Positions 1 through 12,445 of a stretch of 64,000 bases of DNA are shown here, piece after piece. Location of the stretch: contig JAAILG010001506.1 in assembly GCA_012026655.1 (NCBI GenBank), forward strand, positions 1 through 64,000. The letters run 5' to 3'. The notes beneath the pieces are model-generated. The model saw nothing but the letters and a program-made list of their open reading frames with translations. It ran no database searches and was not told the DNA's origin. How positions within the stretch are numbered: the stretch's first letter is position 1; the number at the start of each line of letters is the position of its first letter. Position numbers and translations under genes: made by a program. This stretch comes from Hydrolagus affinis (Eukaryota).

Positions 1-788
1 AAATTAGTACAGTACATCCTTTGGAAAGCTTTGCCTTTAAACATGATGTATACCATCGTTGATTTTAGTTTTATCACTTTTGCGATAAGTAGACAAGCAA
101 TTGAAATAATCGATGGGAAAACTGTGTGTGTGGGGGGGGGGGTTGAGGTAGGAGAGATGTGATAATCAAAGCCCCAAACAACAAAATTACATATGTATAG
201 TGCCTTTCATGTCAATTGGCAGATCATATTCTGGGTGGAATAACCCCTTCCAAAAATTTGATAAAAATTGTTCACTCATTCCACAACAATACTGTTTGCA
301 ATTGGCTACCAATTCACTTTAGAATAGAATCTGTGAAGCACTTTGAGACATCCGAATGATGCGATAAAGCTAGAATTATTATGATTATTATTATTCCTTC
401 TTCCATCCCATCCATACTTATTTCTGGTCAGTAGTATTACATTTTTTTTTAAAAAAAGATGATCCAAGCGAGTCCTCTCCCAAACTCAAATGCTAAATTC
501 GCTGCTTAACCAAACAAACTGTTTAGATATGAGATGGAAAGACGAAAGCCTTTAAAATAAGCATCAGGCTGCAAGACTTTCTGAAGAAATGGCATAGCAT
601 CATGTCAGTATGCTGACTTACTTTTATTTATGTAGCTGATCTACTGTAGCTTAGAAATTATAACCAGTTCCATGGATACTGGAATCCAACTGAGTTGTTA
701 TGAAACAATAGATCTTCGTTTATACAGCTCCTTGCCCTATTTTGTACCTCCAATCGCCTTCTGAGGTTTGTTTGCTTTCGTATTTTAG

Positions 789-893
789 AATCAACTGAAA
801 ACATTCATTCTTGAAGGTGAACCTGAACTGGGACTGCTGCAGGAACCAAGATATACAAGGTTGCAAGAGCTAAAAGCACAGAATGAGAATTAA
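789..893 (+). CDS. Possible coding (terminal?) exon of an unidentified gene: NQLKTFILEGEPELGLLQEPRYTRLQELKAQNEN*
   Basis: Pyrimidine-rich acceptor (tttgctttcgtattttag) then an open frame ending TAA TAG; no recognised homology. Confidence 0.2.
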   Translation, partial: NQLKTFILEGEPELGLLQEPRYTRLQELKAQNEN

Positions 894-2534
894 TAGATTT
901 TAGTCCATCAAGCACAGCTCCTTCCACAGATGTCACCCAATACCTCCAACATTTACCATAACCTACCATCTTGTCTTCTGGTGAAATGTTTAGTGGGCTT
1001 TCTCTCTGACATTCTGCCCTTGGCAAAAGTCCAGGTCGCCCTTCTGATCTTGCATTTTCACATTATTCATTCTAATTGCTTGGCATCCAACCCTGCCACT
1101 GTGTGGTGGTCAGATGCCATTCTGTGTGAAGGATGTACCGTAGTGTGAAAGATGTGATGATAATAATAATAATAATTAATAATGATTGCATTTGAAACAA
1201 CTGTTCCCTTCAGGAAGTCTCAAAGCTCTTCACAAGATTTACTGCAAAGTGTTGTGACTGTATTTTTGTAGATGAACACAGCACCTAATTTAAGTACAGC
1301 ACAAGTGTTTTGAATGCCTTTCGACATGGAGGGTGTTGTATAAATGCATGTTGTTGTTGTTGTTGTAGCAATGCCCTACAAAGAGCCATAAATTGAATTA
1401 CTGATCTTTGACTCAGTGCCTTGGGACGTCCCCCTGATGTGACACACTGAATTTAAACAATTTAAATCATGACAGCATTTTTTTTACAAAAAAATGAATA
1501 AATTTACCAAACACTTTTCTACAAAGCAAACGCATTTTATTTACAGTTATTGCCAATTCTAAACACAGAAGAGCACCCTCTAGTGTGAAACAGGAGTTTT
1601 ATTTTTTCCCAGCGCTGTCTTTGCGTCTTTCCTGATCCAATATTCAACAGATCTAATTCAGTCCTACGGATCCCAAACTTGTTTTGAACTTCTGTATTTA
1701 CGTAGCATCTTGTGGCTGACGCAGTACAGAACCCTGAGAACATTAAATTAAAAGCATTCACAATTGGGCTGGATCCGAAATGCAATTTTAATCAAGCTAT
1801 TTACATGGACCTGGCTGAAATAATTTGATTCCCAGTCGTTTTAAATCATCAGAGCAGTTCGTTTGTAATTGTGAAATGAGATTGAAACAAATTGTACGCA
1901 TTGACACAGCATTTTAATTTAGAGTACCTAGCCATTCAATGGCAATTAATTCCCATTTGTAAAGGACCTTATCATGAACTTGCATTTAACTACTCTTGGA
2001 ACCGAAGGAGAAGTTAATTTTTCTCAGGTATTTCACCTGGGAGTGTCTCTCTTTTCATCAGTCTATATTGAATGCTGATAAAACACTTTATTTCTTCTCC
2101 CTTCTCCTTTGCACTTGCGGTCATAATCGTTGGCCCCAAAGAGCTCATTAGATATGCTAACCATGGATTGTATCATTGTGATACTGTAGTTAGCAGGATA
2201 CTGATTTAATTCAATGACAAAATAGCGAATCTGATATCTCACTGATCGGTTTATAAACGATATGACATTTAACACGTCACAATGTGCAATTTTGAATATC
2301 GCCATATTGTTCACAAGGTGCCCAGGTAAGCACTTTAAAAGCCTCAGTGTACTCTACAGGGAGCTAATGTGTTTTCAATATCAATCTTTGGCAATGTGAC
2401 AATATTGCTACAACAGGGATCACTTTACCAGAATAATCCCAAGCTTTTAAACGAGGCTGTTCTAAAGGAACATATTAAGACATTCTGAAAAATTAATTGT
2501 ATCACTTTCTGCCGTTGTATTTTGATTGATCGAT

Positions 2535-2741
2535 TTTCAGGTGTTTTATCCGTTTTGGGGTCAGTGGTGGTCAACCTGTATGTTCGTCCAACAGAATACA
2601 TTTTCTTGAATTATGCCATAAATCAAGAAGTATGCAATCAAGAAACAACTGAAAACGCACTACCAATTCAACACAGGCTTACCTAGACTTGTGTGAATAT
2701 TCGGGGAGCCACCACTGATTCGGATAATACACTTGGAAAAA
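2535..2741. mobile_element. Degenerate inverted-repeat element (old MITE-like)
   Basis: ttttcaggtgttttatccg...tcagtggtgg at the left is mirrored by ccaccactgattcggataatacacttggaaaa at the right. Confidence 0.5.
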
Positions 2742-4064
2742 TGTTGAATGACTATCAGATGTATTCAACAAAGTGTAATCTGCCGTGACGACCTTTCAAA
2801 TAATAGTTGTTTTTGGGGTGGAGTTTCAGTCAACCATGGCTGCTACCAGTGTTGTTTCAGTGAATCCCATTTTGCATGAACTTTTTGGAGAAATTTTTGC
2901 CTCGATGTCTATCATCTATGACTTACAAATCCAAAGTTCCACTTTATTATTCCGTTGGATGTTTGCAGATGCTGGTTACCTGGCAATTTTAAATGAGTGG
3001 TGTCTTTTTTTTTGGAAAAAAAAGGTTTTCATATCCATTTTCAGTCTGTTTTAATGTCTACAAGCTGGAAATTCTTCAGGGCTCCAGATTTCAACTACTC
3101 GTGACATCTCCCCCAATGATATACTGAGAGAAGCAAGGCTGCATGTCACATACATCAGGGAGGTCCTGACTTCCATGCTGCTCCTGCCTGTTTTGCATGT
3201 AACTTTAATCGTTACATCATGTGTAAGCTGTTGGCAGCACACCGCACTGCCAACAGATTTAGTTAATGTCAAGCCTTAATCACCTACCACAGGACACAGG
3301 AGCCAGACTGTTGCCGGAGACAAGAATAGACAGACGGGAAAAAAATCTCGAATCTTTGGGCATAGCTCTATTTTGACATTCGTTAATTAATACAGGTGCG
3401 ACACTCCATAACAGATGGCTTCATAGTTTGATGATCTGGGTTCAAATACAGTCAAGGCACAACTACTGTTCTGGAGAACCTCAATCTATTTTATGGCGAA
3501 CTCTGGGAAATGAAACCGTTTTTATTTAATTGAGGTAATTTAAATTAAAGGGACTTGTTTTTATTCTAGCCAAGCCTCTTCTTTCACGGTTGTCTTGAAA
3601 ACAAGCTTTTTTACTCGTACAAGTCATTCGAATTAATGGAGTACCTTTTTCCAACCCAGCCATTTTGTGTGGACTGGAAAATTTCAGTGAATAATCAAAC
3701 CGTGTTCAGACCACTGGCTATTCCATTGAAACTTGTTACTGTGTCGAGACATATTGGACCTGTTCATGCTGTTAACTACTAAAAAAAAATCTTTGTTCCA
3801 ATGGCTTCAACTGTGACTCGCAAATGAATTCCAAAATGAATTGTCACGAATAGGATAATTTATAGCATCGCTGTTCTGCCTTCTGCAGGACTTTTATTGC
3901 TAGGTTCCCAATAAAGAATAGTAGGACTTGCTGCATGTACAGTAATAGTCCAAAAAAAAACCATGTTGCTGAAGGATGGATGGGGTTATTCCACAGATCA
4001 CGCCAAACCCAATCAGGGACTACTTTTCATTCACGCTCCGTCCCTCTAAATCACCCCCATCTAC

Positions 4065-4200
4065 CGCTGCCGAGTTTCGCCCACAAATATACAGTCAGTT
4101 CACTTTGCAGTGTATTCTGTGAAGCGCTTTGAGACACACTCTAGAAGACATGAAAAGCGCTGTATCAAATGCAAGGTTTATTATTATTAATATTATTATT
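4065..4200 (+). mobile_element. SINE 3' fragment (Deu domain + L2-like tail)
   Basis: gctgccgagtttcgcccacaaatatacagtc...gtgaagcgctttgagac...aaatgcaagg(tta)n. Confidence 0.85.
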
Positions 4201-5980
4201 AACTAACTTACAAGAATGAAATCTGTTCATCCTACAGCGACAGATTTGAACCTGTGTTCTGAGACCCGGAGAAATACAGCTCGATTCATACGGGTTTATA
4301 TCTCAATTGATACATTTACGCCATGCGTTTGGTAGCAAATTGGCATGATTTTGATGGTGCTTCATTCACCACAAAGCGTACAGTGTAAATCAGTATGAAT
4401 ATTGCACTCCTGACTTGAGGAAAATAGCTTGCGCAGAGCTGGCTCCCTCCAAAGCCCTTCAAAATGCCTGCGCTGTCGCATGACAAAATATTTGGTGAGA
4501 TTATAAACGAGAACACCAGCGGAACACTGAAATCAATGTCAGTTTTATTTTTTCTGGCTGATTGAAAGCGATGTGTTGCGAAGCAGTTTATACCCAATTT
4601 CTCTCTCTAAGTCGCCATATAAAGAACATCTTCACTCCCAGCAGAATAACTCCAGCATTAATAATCATGAGGCTTCCCTGGCATTCACAGCAGATACTTT
4701 GGTTTTGAAGATTTTTTATTTTTTTTTGTCTCTTCTTGGCTGGAGTCTGAGAACGAGACGCAAATTATTTTGATTGCTCAGTGTGAAGAACAATGCTACT
4801 CTCAAACACTGCGGAGCCTGATAGTTTGATGCTATACTTGGCAGGCCTCATGCCGGGGATGAAGTCCAATTGAATACCCAAATGTGAAGCAACCCATATG
4901 TAAATCAATCCAAACAGAGCCAGCTTGAATTTTTTTTTTCTCTTGAAATGCACACGCAGATGTGAGCAATCTTTAGTTTTAAGGAGAAGGCAATACATAG
5001 ACACTACATATTAACATTTGGGCAGTTATTGCAACCAAGGGCAATTTTCTGCCTATCTTTCTCGTTGCATTTGACTGGAATGGATTCTTACATTCTCCGA
5101 AGGAATGTTTCAGTGGATTTTTTAAGCTTCGTTTTGTGTATGTAACTCTTCACTCCCTCCGAGGTTTCCAGGTTCCGTGGTGATGCGAAGAGGCTATCTT
5201 GTCGATGCATCTTTATTTCCATGCTGCGTTAGTGATTATGTGCTGAGACATTTTTGTTTGTGGTAGTCTAGCTATACATCTGTCTGCAGCATCTGCTTTC
5301 TTGGCAGTGCAGGTGGACAACTGCCAAAGGCATCTGTTTCCCTGACATCCCGAGGAGGTTCTCCTCAATAACCTTGTGCGCGGCTAAAAGTTTGTTGCAG
5401 TCACTGAAATGTGGACTTCATCAGGTCCAAGTTGATGTGAATCTTACCTGTGCCTTGTTCGATAATGAAATATGAATCTTTTGGAAGCGCAGATGCTGGT
5501 CTGTCATACGATATCTCCATGATCCACAATACATTGTTATTTAATAGATTTACATTTTTATAAACAAGGTAAAGTTAATCACCAGTGATACAGTATTGCT
5601 GAAATGCTGCAGATTTTTAGCCCATAGTTTCCCCATACTTTAAACTACAAACATGTCGCAGGTGATTTTGAAATTAAAATAAAGATGATCTAGGCTAGTT
5701 TATCTATTATTGGTTAAATAGGCCAGCTCAGAAATAACAGATTCCTGGCTTGTACTGTACGTCTATTTGTGTTTGTGCTGTGGAACACAATTTTAAAAAT
5801 CATTTAATGATGTCTGCATTTATATTTCGGGTTTTTGGTAAATAAAAGAATCCTAATGAACAGATTTTAGGAAAATGTACCTTTCAGAAAAACCTGGATT
5901 AAAGAATGCTGCCTTTTCTCTTAAGGAGAGGGAATATTTGACTTGAATTTCACAACGCTGAAATCCATTTACCTCTCGGG

Positions 5981-6718
5981 TAGGGTCCGTCGATATGGAA
6001 ATTTTCCGATTTAGATATATCGATGGGCTCATATCGATATATACTGATATATCAATATTTTCAGTTTTTTTATACTGCACATGCGCGTGAGCATTCGGAG
6101 GTGCGCGTGCATTCGGGGCCTATCTCCTCAGGAGGTAAATCTCTCTCGCTCTCTGTGTCTCTCACACTCACTCTCTCCATCTCTGTCTCTCTCTCTCTCT
6201 CTCTGNNNNNNNNNNNNNNNNNNNNNNNNNNNNNNNNNNNNNNNNNNNNNNNNNNNNNNNNNNNNNNNNNNNNNNNNNNNNNNNNNNNNNNNNNNNNNNN
6301 NNNNNCTCCCTCCCTCCCTCCCCCCCTCCGTCTCTCCCGCCCTCTCCCCCCTCCGTCTCTCCCTGCCTCTCCCCCCTCCGTCTTTCCCTCCCTCTCCCAC
6401 CCGGTCTCTCCCTCCCTCTCCCCCACCCCTTGTATACCTGTATATTGTATTCAAGAACTACGAATACAATATGGCGGCTTGTACCTCAATCTGTGCATTG
6501 TGTAGAGATGAGCATTCTGGGTCTTGTAGTTCAGTGCGCGCATTCGGATGTACGCGCACATGCCATGCTCTAGGCCCAAGAGGTAGCAATGCTGGCGACA
6601 AGGTACCGATATTTTTTTTATATCGAAATTTTCGATCTATTTTAAATTCCGATATCGGCATATCGATATGAAAATTATATCGGATATAACCGATGTATCG
6701 ATATATCAACGGGCCCTA
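5981..6718. mobile_element. Non-autonomous hAT-type DNA transposon (MITE)
   Basis: TIRs tagggtccgtcgatat / atatcaacgggcccta (14/16 match); perfect 8-bp TSD ctctcggg at 5973-5980 and 6719-6726; subterminal cgatat/atatcg arrays. Confidence 0.9.
6140..6430. repeat. (CT)n / C-rich low-complexity tract containing a 100-N gap (6206-6305)
   Basis: Seen directly. Confidence 0.95.
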
Positions 6719-7924
6719 CTCTCGGGATTTCTCTTGCTATACTGGCCACAAAGACCGGGCAGTTCATTATATCATTGAAGATACCTTGACGAGAATTTTG
6801 ACCCAAAGAATATACAAGGAGCTTCCAAATCCGAAAGTTGATAGCTGTCAGACATCATATGATATCTTTTCGTGTCTTTGACATTTCAAATAATCAAAGG
6901 TTCTGAGATAAATTGATTTGTCACCTGTCTGTTTGCTTTCACAATATTTACCACATGAAATTTTCACACAGTTCAACATTTTGGTGTGAACCTTTTTTCA
7001 CTCATTTAGATTACGTTGTAGGCCTTACTCTCTTTATTACATCATTAAATAGTTACTTTTTCCCCCAAAATCAGAAACCTCGCAAATGTTGAGTGCCTGA
7101 TAAGAGGAGATATTGCCTACACTGGCTGGTTAGAAGTAGACCAAAGGTGAACTCAATTCAACTCCACCTAGCTGTGAACTTGAAAGATATTTCATTACTT
7201 TAGATGTATTATAATTGATATTCCATTCAGAACTGTGTATTTGTTTAATGGACGCTGATGCATGTTTTCTTGGTGCTTGATGTTAACATAACTAATCACT
7301 TTTATAGTTGTGAATGGGGATTCAACTTAATGCTGATTGTAAATTGCAGAAACAAAATGAACAATCACATTTATCGGGTCATATGCATCACGGCTACTTT
7401 GAAATCATTGCAACATGTCCCTTTTATTTAAGAAAAAACAAGGCTTGTGGTTTCTGCTCCTAATGCTATATATGAAACCATTGCAAGGCAAAATATATAC
7501 CCAAGATGCAGTGTCTACACTTTACAGTATATCCTGAGAAGCATTATGCCTTTCAACAACAACAACAACAACAAACTTACATTTATAGAGCGCCTTTCAC
7601 GTCGGGAAGACCTCCCAAGCGCTGACCAGGGTCACTCTAAACCACATTATAACAGGTTACCTAAAAGTAGAGTTCTGAACGCCAACAGAGATCAAGAAGG
7701 GAGTGATGAAAAATGATGATTTCCTAGGAAATAAATAAGAAAATATATTTGTGAAAGTAAAATGTTTCAAACTTTCTAAAGCAATAATAGGAAAGAAACG
7801 GAAAGCGTCAAATCAGCATGGGAACTTTAAAATGCGTGATTCTTAATATATTCCTTCGCAATAATAGCAGCAATGATCTTTGCATTTGATATCGCGTCTT
7901 ATCACTTCTTCGAGGCATCTCGAT

Positions 7925-8545
7925 TAATCCCACTCCCCGCGCTCTCCCCCTAGCCCAGTAAATTTGTCCTCCCCAAATATCTATCCACTACTCTCTTGAC
8001 GGTTGTTATCGAATTGGCTTTCACCACCTTTTCAGGCAGTGCTTTCCAGATCTGAACAATTTGCTGCAGGAAAAAGAATGTCTTCTCATCTGCCCTCTGG
8101 TTCTTTAGACAACAATTAAAAAAAACAAAACGTTTCCACTGGTTAATGACCCACCTATCAGTGAACACAGATTACTCTGTTCACTCCATCAAATCCCCTC
8201 ATAATTTTGAACACCTCTTATTAAATCTCCAGTTAACCTTCTCTGCTTCAAGGAGAACAAGCCTAGCTTCTCTAGTGTCTGAAGACCCTCATTCCTGGTA
8301 CCATCCTGGTAAATCTCCTTTGCGCCCCTTTCAAAGCCTTAAAATCATTCCAAAATCATTCCAATTCTAGTGACCAGAATTGAACACAGTAGGTCTAACC
8401 ACAGTAGGTCTAACCAGTGTTTTCTAAAGGTTCATCAGAGCCTCCTTATTTTTGTATTCTATGTCCTCTATTTATAATGCAAAGGATCCTGTATGCTTTC
8501 CTAACAGCTGTATCTACCTGTCCTGACACCTTCAAAGATTTACAC
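7925..8545 (-). mobile_element. CR1 LINE 3' fragment
   Basis: Minus peptides IWKALPEKVVKANSITTVKRVVDRYL and SLKVSGQVDTAVRKAYRILCIINRG match the CR1 ORF2 C-terminus. Confidence 0.9.
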
Positions 8546-9057
8546 CTGAAGCCTTCGCCACTTTTGGGGGCACAGAGAGGGAAGGCGATGTGCAGATAGA
8601 TGCCTGAGTTAGCCAAGCAGACGGTGGGGGTGAGGAGAGGGATGGGGGGGGTGGGGGAGGGTGAACAGAGGAGTGGGAAGGAGAAGATGACAGAGATGTG
8701 GAGGTGCCAGCGTGTGAAGTTATTTATAGACGCAAAGCACTTTGCATTGCGGTGGAGTTCCTGCCAGTTGGCAGCAGCATTCGGTTTGTTCATTAAGGAA
8801 TCCCATTGGAAAATTGTCGCATTTTAGACCCCATTGTAACCGAGCAGCAATAAAGTAAAGTGTGACACAAATAGCCTTGGTGTGGTAGCCTAGGTGCAAT
8901 GATGACTAATTCATTATCATTGCATCTGCTGCTTTGGAAAGATCGCTTGCCATTTATTGCCAGATGATGGTACTTGCTACCTCTGTTGCCTGGAATTCCT
9001 CAGCAACCTGAATTGCAAGCACAGAGAAGATTTTACTCTTTTTGTTACCAGGCTTAG

Positions 9058-10105
9058 AATCATAGAATTCTAAAACGCAGAAAGAGGCCATCTAGTTCTT
9101 TGAAAGAGCTATTCAAATTAATCCCACTCCTCCACTCTCTCACTCTCCCCAATAGCCTTGGAAAATTGGTCCTCCCCAAATATCTATCCACTTCGCTCTT
9201 GAAAGCTGTTGTCGAATCTGCTTCCATCACCCCTTTTAGGCAGCAAACTCGCTGTATGAAAACATTTATTTTCATCTCCCCTCTGGTTCTTTTGACAGCT
9301 ATCTCACATCTGTATCCTCTGGTTACTGGCCACCCACCAGTGGAAACAGCTTCTCCCTGTTCGCTCTGTCAAATCCCCTTGTAATTGTGAACACCTCTGT
9401 TGAATCTCACCTTAACCTTCTCCGTTCCAAGAATAGTCCCAGCTTCTCTAGTCTCTCCACATAATTCAAGTCCGTCATTCCTAGTACCAACCCAGTAAAT
9501 CACCTTTGCACCCATTCCAAGGCCTTGACATTCTTCCTAAAATGTGGTGTCCAGAATTGAACACAGTACTCCAGCTGAGTCCTAACCAGTGTCTTATAAA
9601 GGTTTGTGATAACCTGCTTATTGTTATATCCTATGCCACTATTTATAAAGCCGTGGATTTTTTTTATACTAATAAGAATTATAATAATAAATATTCCTTG
9701 GGTTTGATGCGGCGCATCTTCTAGACTTCTCAAAACGCTTCACAGAATGTATTTGTAAAGTGAATTGACTACATTATCGGGCAAAACGCGGCAGCCAATT
9801 GTGCACGGCAGTGTCCTACAAACAGTTGCGGATCGATTAACCGAATTCTTCTGTTATTTTTTAAAAAAGGGATTATTACTCCTGGAAAAGCCAATCAACT
9901 CAAAACTGGGTGCCTACTTACTGGTAGGTAAACAGAGGTGTGTGGAGTAAGGAAACCTGCCCAGCGAATCGCCCTGCCCAGGAAACAAACCCAAGAGTCT
10001 CGGTTGCAAGCTGAGTGCTCTGAACACTGAGCTACAGGAATCCACAACATTTTTTTTTCCCCCGACAGCTTTATCGACCTGCGCTGCCATTTTCAGATTC
10101 ATAAA
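9058..10105 (-). mobile_element. CR1 LINE 3' fragment interrupted by a SINE
   Basis: NLYKTLVRTQLEYCVQFWTPHFRK; CR1 tail at ~9060; CR1 resumes at ~10060-10102 (LKMAAQVDKAV). Confidence 0.9.
9670..10043 (-). mobile_element. tRNA-derived SINE, long variant
   Basis: Head ggattcctgtagctcagtg on the minus strand, CORE-like middle, Deu segment, L2-like tail. Confidence 0.9.
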
Positions 10106-11151
10106 CGTCTTCCCCGACAGGGAACAAGCAGAGGAGGGTTTCTCAAAGGGTGCTGCGGCGCCTTGCAGTAAATTGTGAGTGTGTGGCGTAACAGAGTATA
10201 CACAGCCGTGATCATTCAGACCACTAAACGTTCATTTTCTATTGTTTTGTGCAACTGAAAGCTAAGTAGGTCCCCCAGTAAGAAGAATTGGTTGAAAGAG
10301 TGGCAACATAGGAACAGGTTAATTCTATGAGCTGAACTTTGAAGGATTATTTGTGGATAAGTTGCAGTTCCAGTCTGCAAGTTTCCTTTTTCTACACCTG
10401 CGTTCAATAACCCATCTCTGTTTGATTTGTACATAAAATTCTCGGCTTTTGTGTACCTAATTTAGGAGCTATATAAAAGCATAATACTGCATAATTCAGC
10501 AAACCTATAAAATGTGCCTTTCGTATGATTATGAGGCTGAAGACAATACTTTAATTAGGTGATCATTTAATATTCGAAGGAGAAAGATGGAATCTAGCAC
10601 CCAAACAGGCGACAGAATTTTGAAGAGACCATGTATAAAGTGTTCAATCAAGCTTTTATAAGCAGTTGGATATTTTAATAAGTTTTCTTAAATTAAAGTG
10701 AAATGGCAGAAAAGCAATGATTCAAATAGAAATCCAATCTGCAGAGATGTGTCTCTAGTGTCGACATGGACTAATATAATGAAAGAAAAGCATACTTATT
10801 CATTTAGTGTCCACATTTGGATCACAATGCTGTCAGGATCATCCAAACACAAGGGATGAGATCAAAGCTCTTGGCTGGGATTTCTATCACATACTCTGGT
10901 AAAGCTGCATATATTACCTGATAGCAAGTAATCAAAACAGATGAAGGTAAGGAGGAATGGTGTTCAGTCTGATAATGAGGATAAGGTAATGTTCAGTCAT
11001 GTAGAGGAAGGAATATTCCGCTTGTGTGTGTCTCTGCAGTTTCATGGCAAATCGATGCATTCAGAATATGCTGCTCTCTTGCATTATGGAAGTACTGTCA
11101 TTTATCTTCCTCAATAAAGGAATGATTGGAACCACTTCTAATGAACCGTAC

Positions 11152-11152
<1 letters not shown>

Positions 11153-11187
<35 letters not shown>
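11153..11187. repeat. (GT)n microsatellite
   Basis: Seen directly. Confidence 0.95.
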
Positions 11188-11191
<4 letters not shown>

Positions 11192-11254
11192 AGCGTGGTG
11201 GGGGTGTGGGGTTTATACTCCTCAAGCTGCACTAAAGAAGCAGGATATTGATTC

Positions 11255-11865
11255 AACAACAACCACAAAATTACATTTGTAAAGCGCCATTCATGTCGGG
11301 AGGACGTCCCAAAGCGCTGAACAGTCAGGGATCAGAAACCGAGCACAGCAGGGACAGGATTGGGATGAGGCAGGGCAGAGAGATTGGGGGCCGGCTGAAG
11401 GCACAGTCCAAAAAGAGGGCCTTGAGCCATGCCTCGAAGGAGGTAAGGGAGGGAGCAAGGTGAAGGGACTGTGAGATGGAGTTTCCATAGGGCTGGGCAG
11501 AGAGGTTGAAAGTCCGGCCTCTGATGGTAGGGCGGGTGGGGTGGGTGACATGGAGAAGGCTGGAGTTTGCTGAACGAAGGAAGTGGGCAGGTTGATAGGT
11601 CAGAGAGGTAGGAGGCGGCATGGCCATGGAGGTCCTTGAAAGTGAGGATGAGGATCTTGAATTCTATCCTCTGAGAGATGGGGAGCCAGTGGAGCCTGGT
11701 GTGGGAGAGGAGTTAGAATTTGAGGAGAGGATGGGCGAGGTGGTGAGAAAATGGACAGAAGATCCGATTTGTGATGAAGAATAGGAGCCTGAGGTTGCCC
11801 TTCGCCACCAAAATTTTCCTGGAGTAGAAGGATGATTTGGTGGAGGCGAGGTTGGAGTAATAGGT
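11255..11865 (-). mobile_element. L2 LINE 3' fragment
   Basis: LRSANSSLLHVTHPTRPTIRGRTF, FEAWLKALFLD; tail gcgctttgggacgtcctcccgacatgaatggcgcttt...(ttg)n. Confidence 0.9.
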
Positions 11866-12313
11866 TTTGAGTGACACACACACACATTTCCTGATAACTG
11901 ATGTATTTTTATAGGTAAAAATTAACAGGGACATCCTCCAGATGTTCAAAATGAGGGAATGTCTGGATGCTGTAGAACTAAGAAGTTTAGTTGACCAATT
12001 AAAGCAGTTTGTATGGATTGAGCAGCTTCAAAGAACAGTCTAAATACCTGCTCTGGAACAATAAAAATAGGTGAAGCCATTGAAATTTACAACACGAAAT
12101 AAAGGTGATTTGGCTGTTTCCATGTGGGCGGAAAGAAGACAGATTTAAATTCAATTGAAAATTCTGGAGTTCAGCTTCCTTTGGGATTCAGGGAATACAG
12201 ACGCAGAATTTTCCCCCAGAAAATAAAGTGTGTCGCTTGTATGAAACGATAGGACTTTGGAAGGAGCAATGTTAATGAGCCAAATTACCTTTTACTGCTC
12301 ACGATTCTTTTAG

Positions 12314-12445
12314 GGTCTTAAGTAAACACAATGCGCTTGCCTTCCTGACGAGAGAAGAGTGTGAGATGCTGAGACTTGCTCTTGAGGTCTTCTTGATGCT
12401 GTTAGCGAACGTCGAGAAATGTTGTCGGTCTCTTGTCAACGAGCG
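12314..12445 (+). CDS. Candidate symmetric 132-nt coding exon: VLSKHNALAFLTREECEMLRLALEVFLMLLANVEKCCRSLVNE
   Basis: ttcttttag acceptor, CG|gtaaac donor, phase 2-2, open frame with a stop just inside the putative intron; no recognised homology. Confidence 0.25.

Noticed and set aside
6023-6671. Long ORFs (108-196 aa) on both strands
   Set aside because: They read through CT microsatellite, an N gap and the MITE; low-complexity artefacts
8385-8416. Short tandem duplications (also ~29908-29935, ~36615-36675, ~50386-50424)
   Set aside because: Ordinary slippage duplications in or near TE relics
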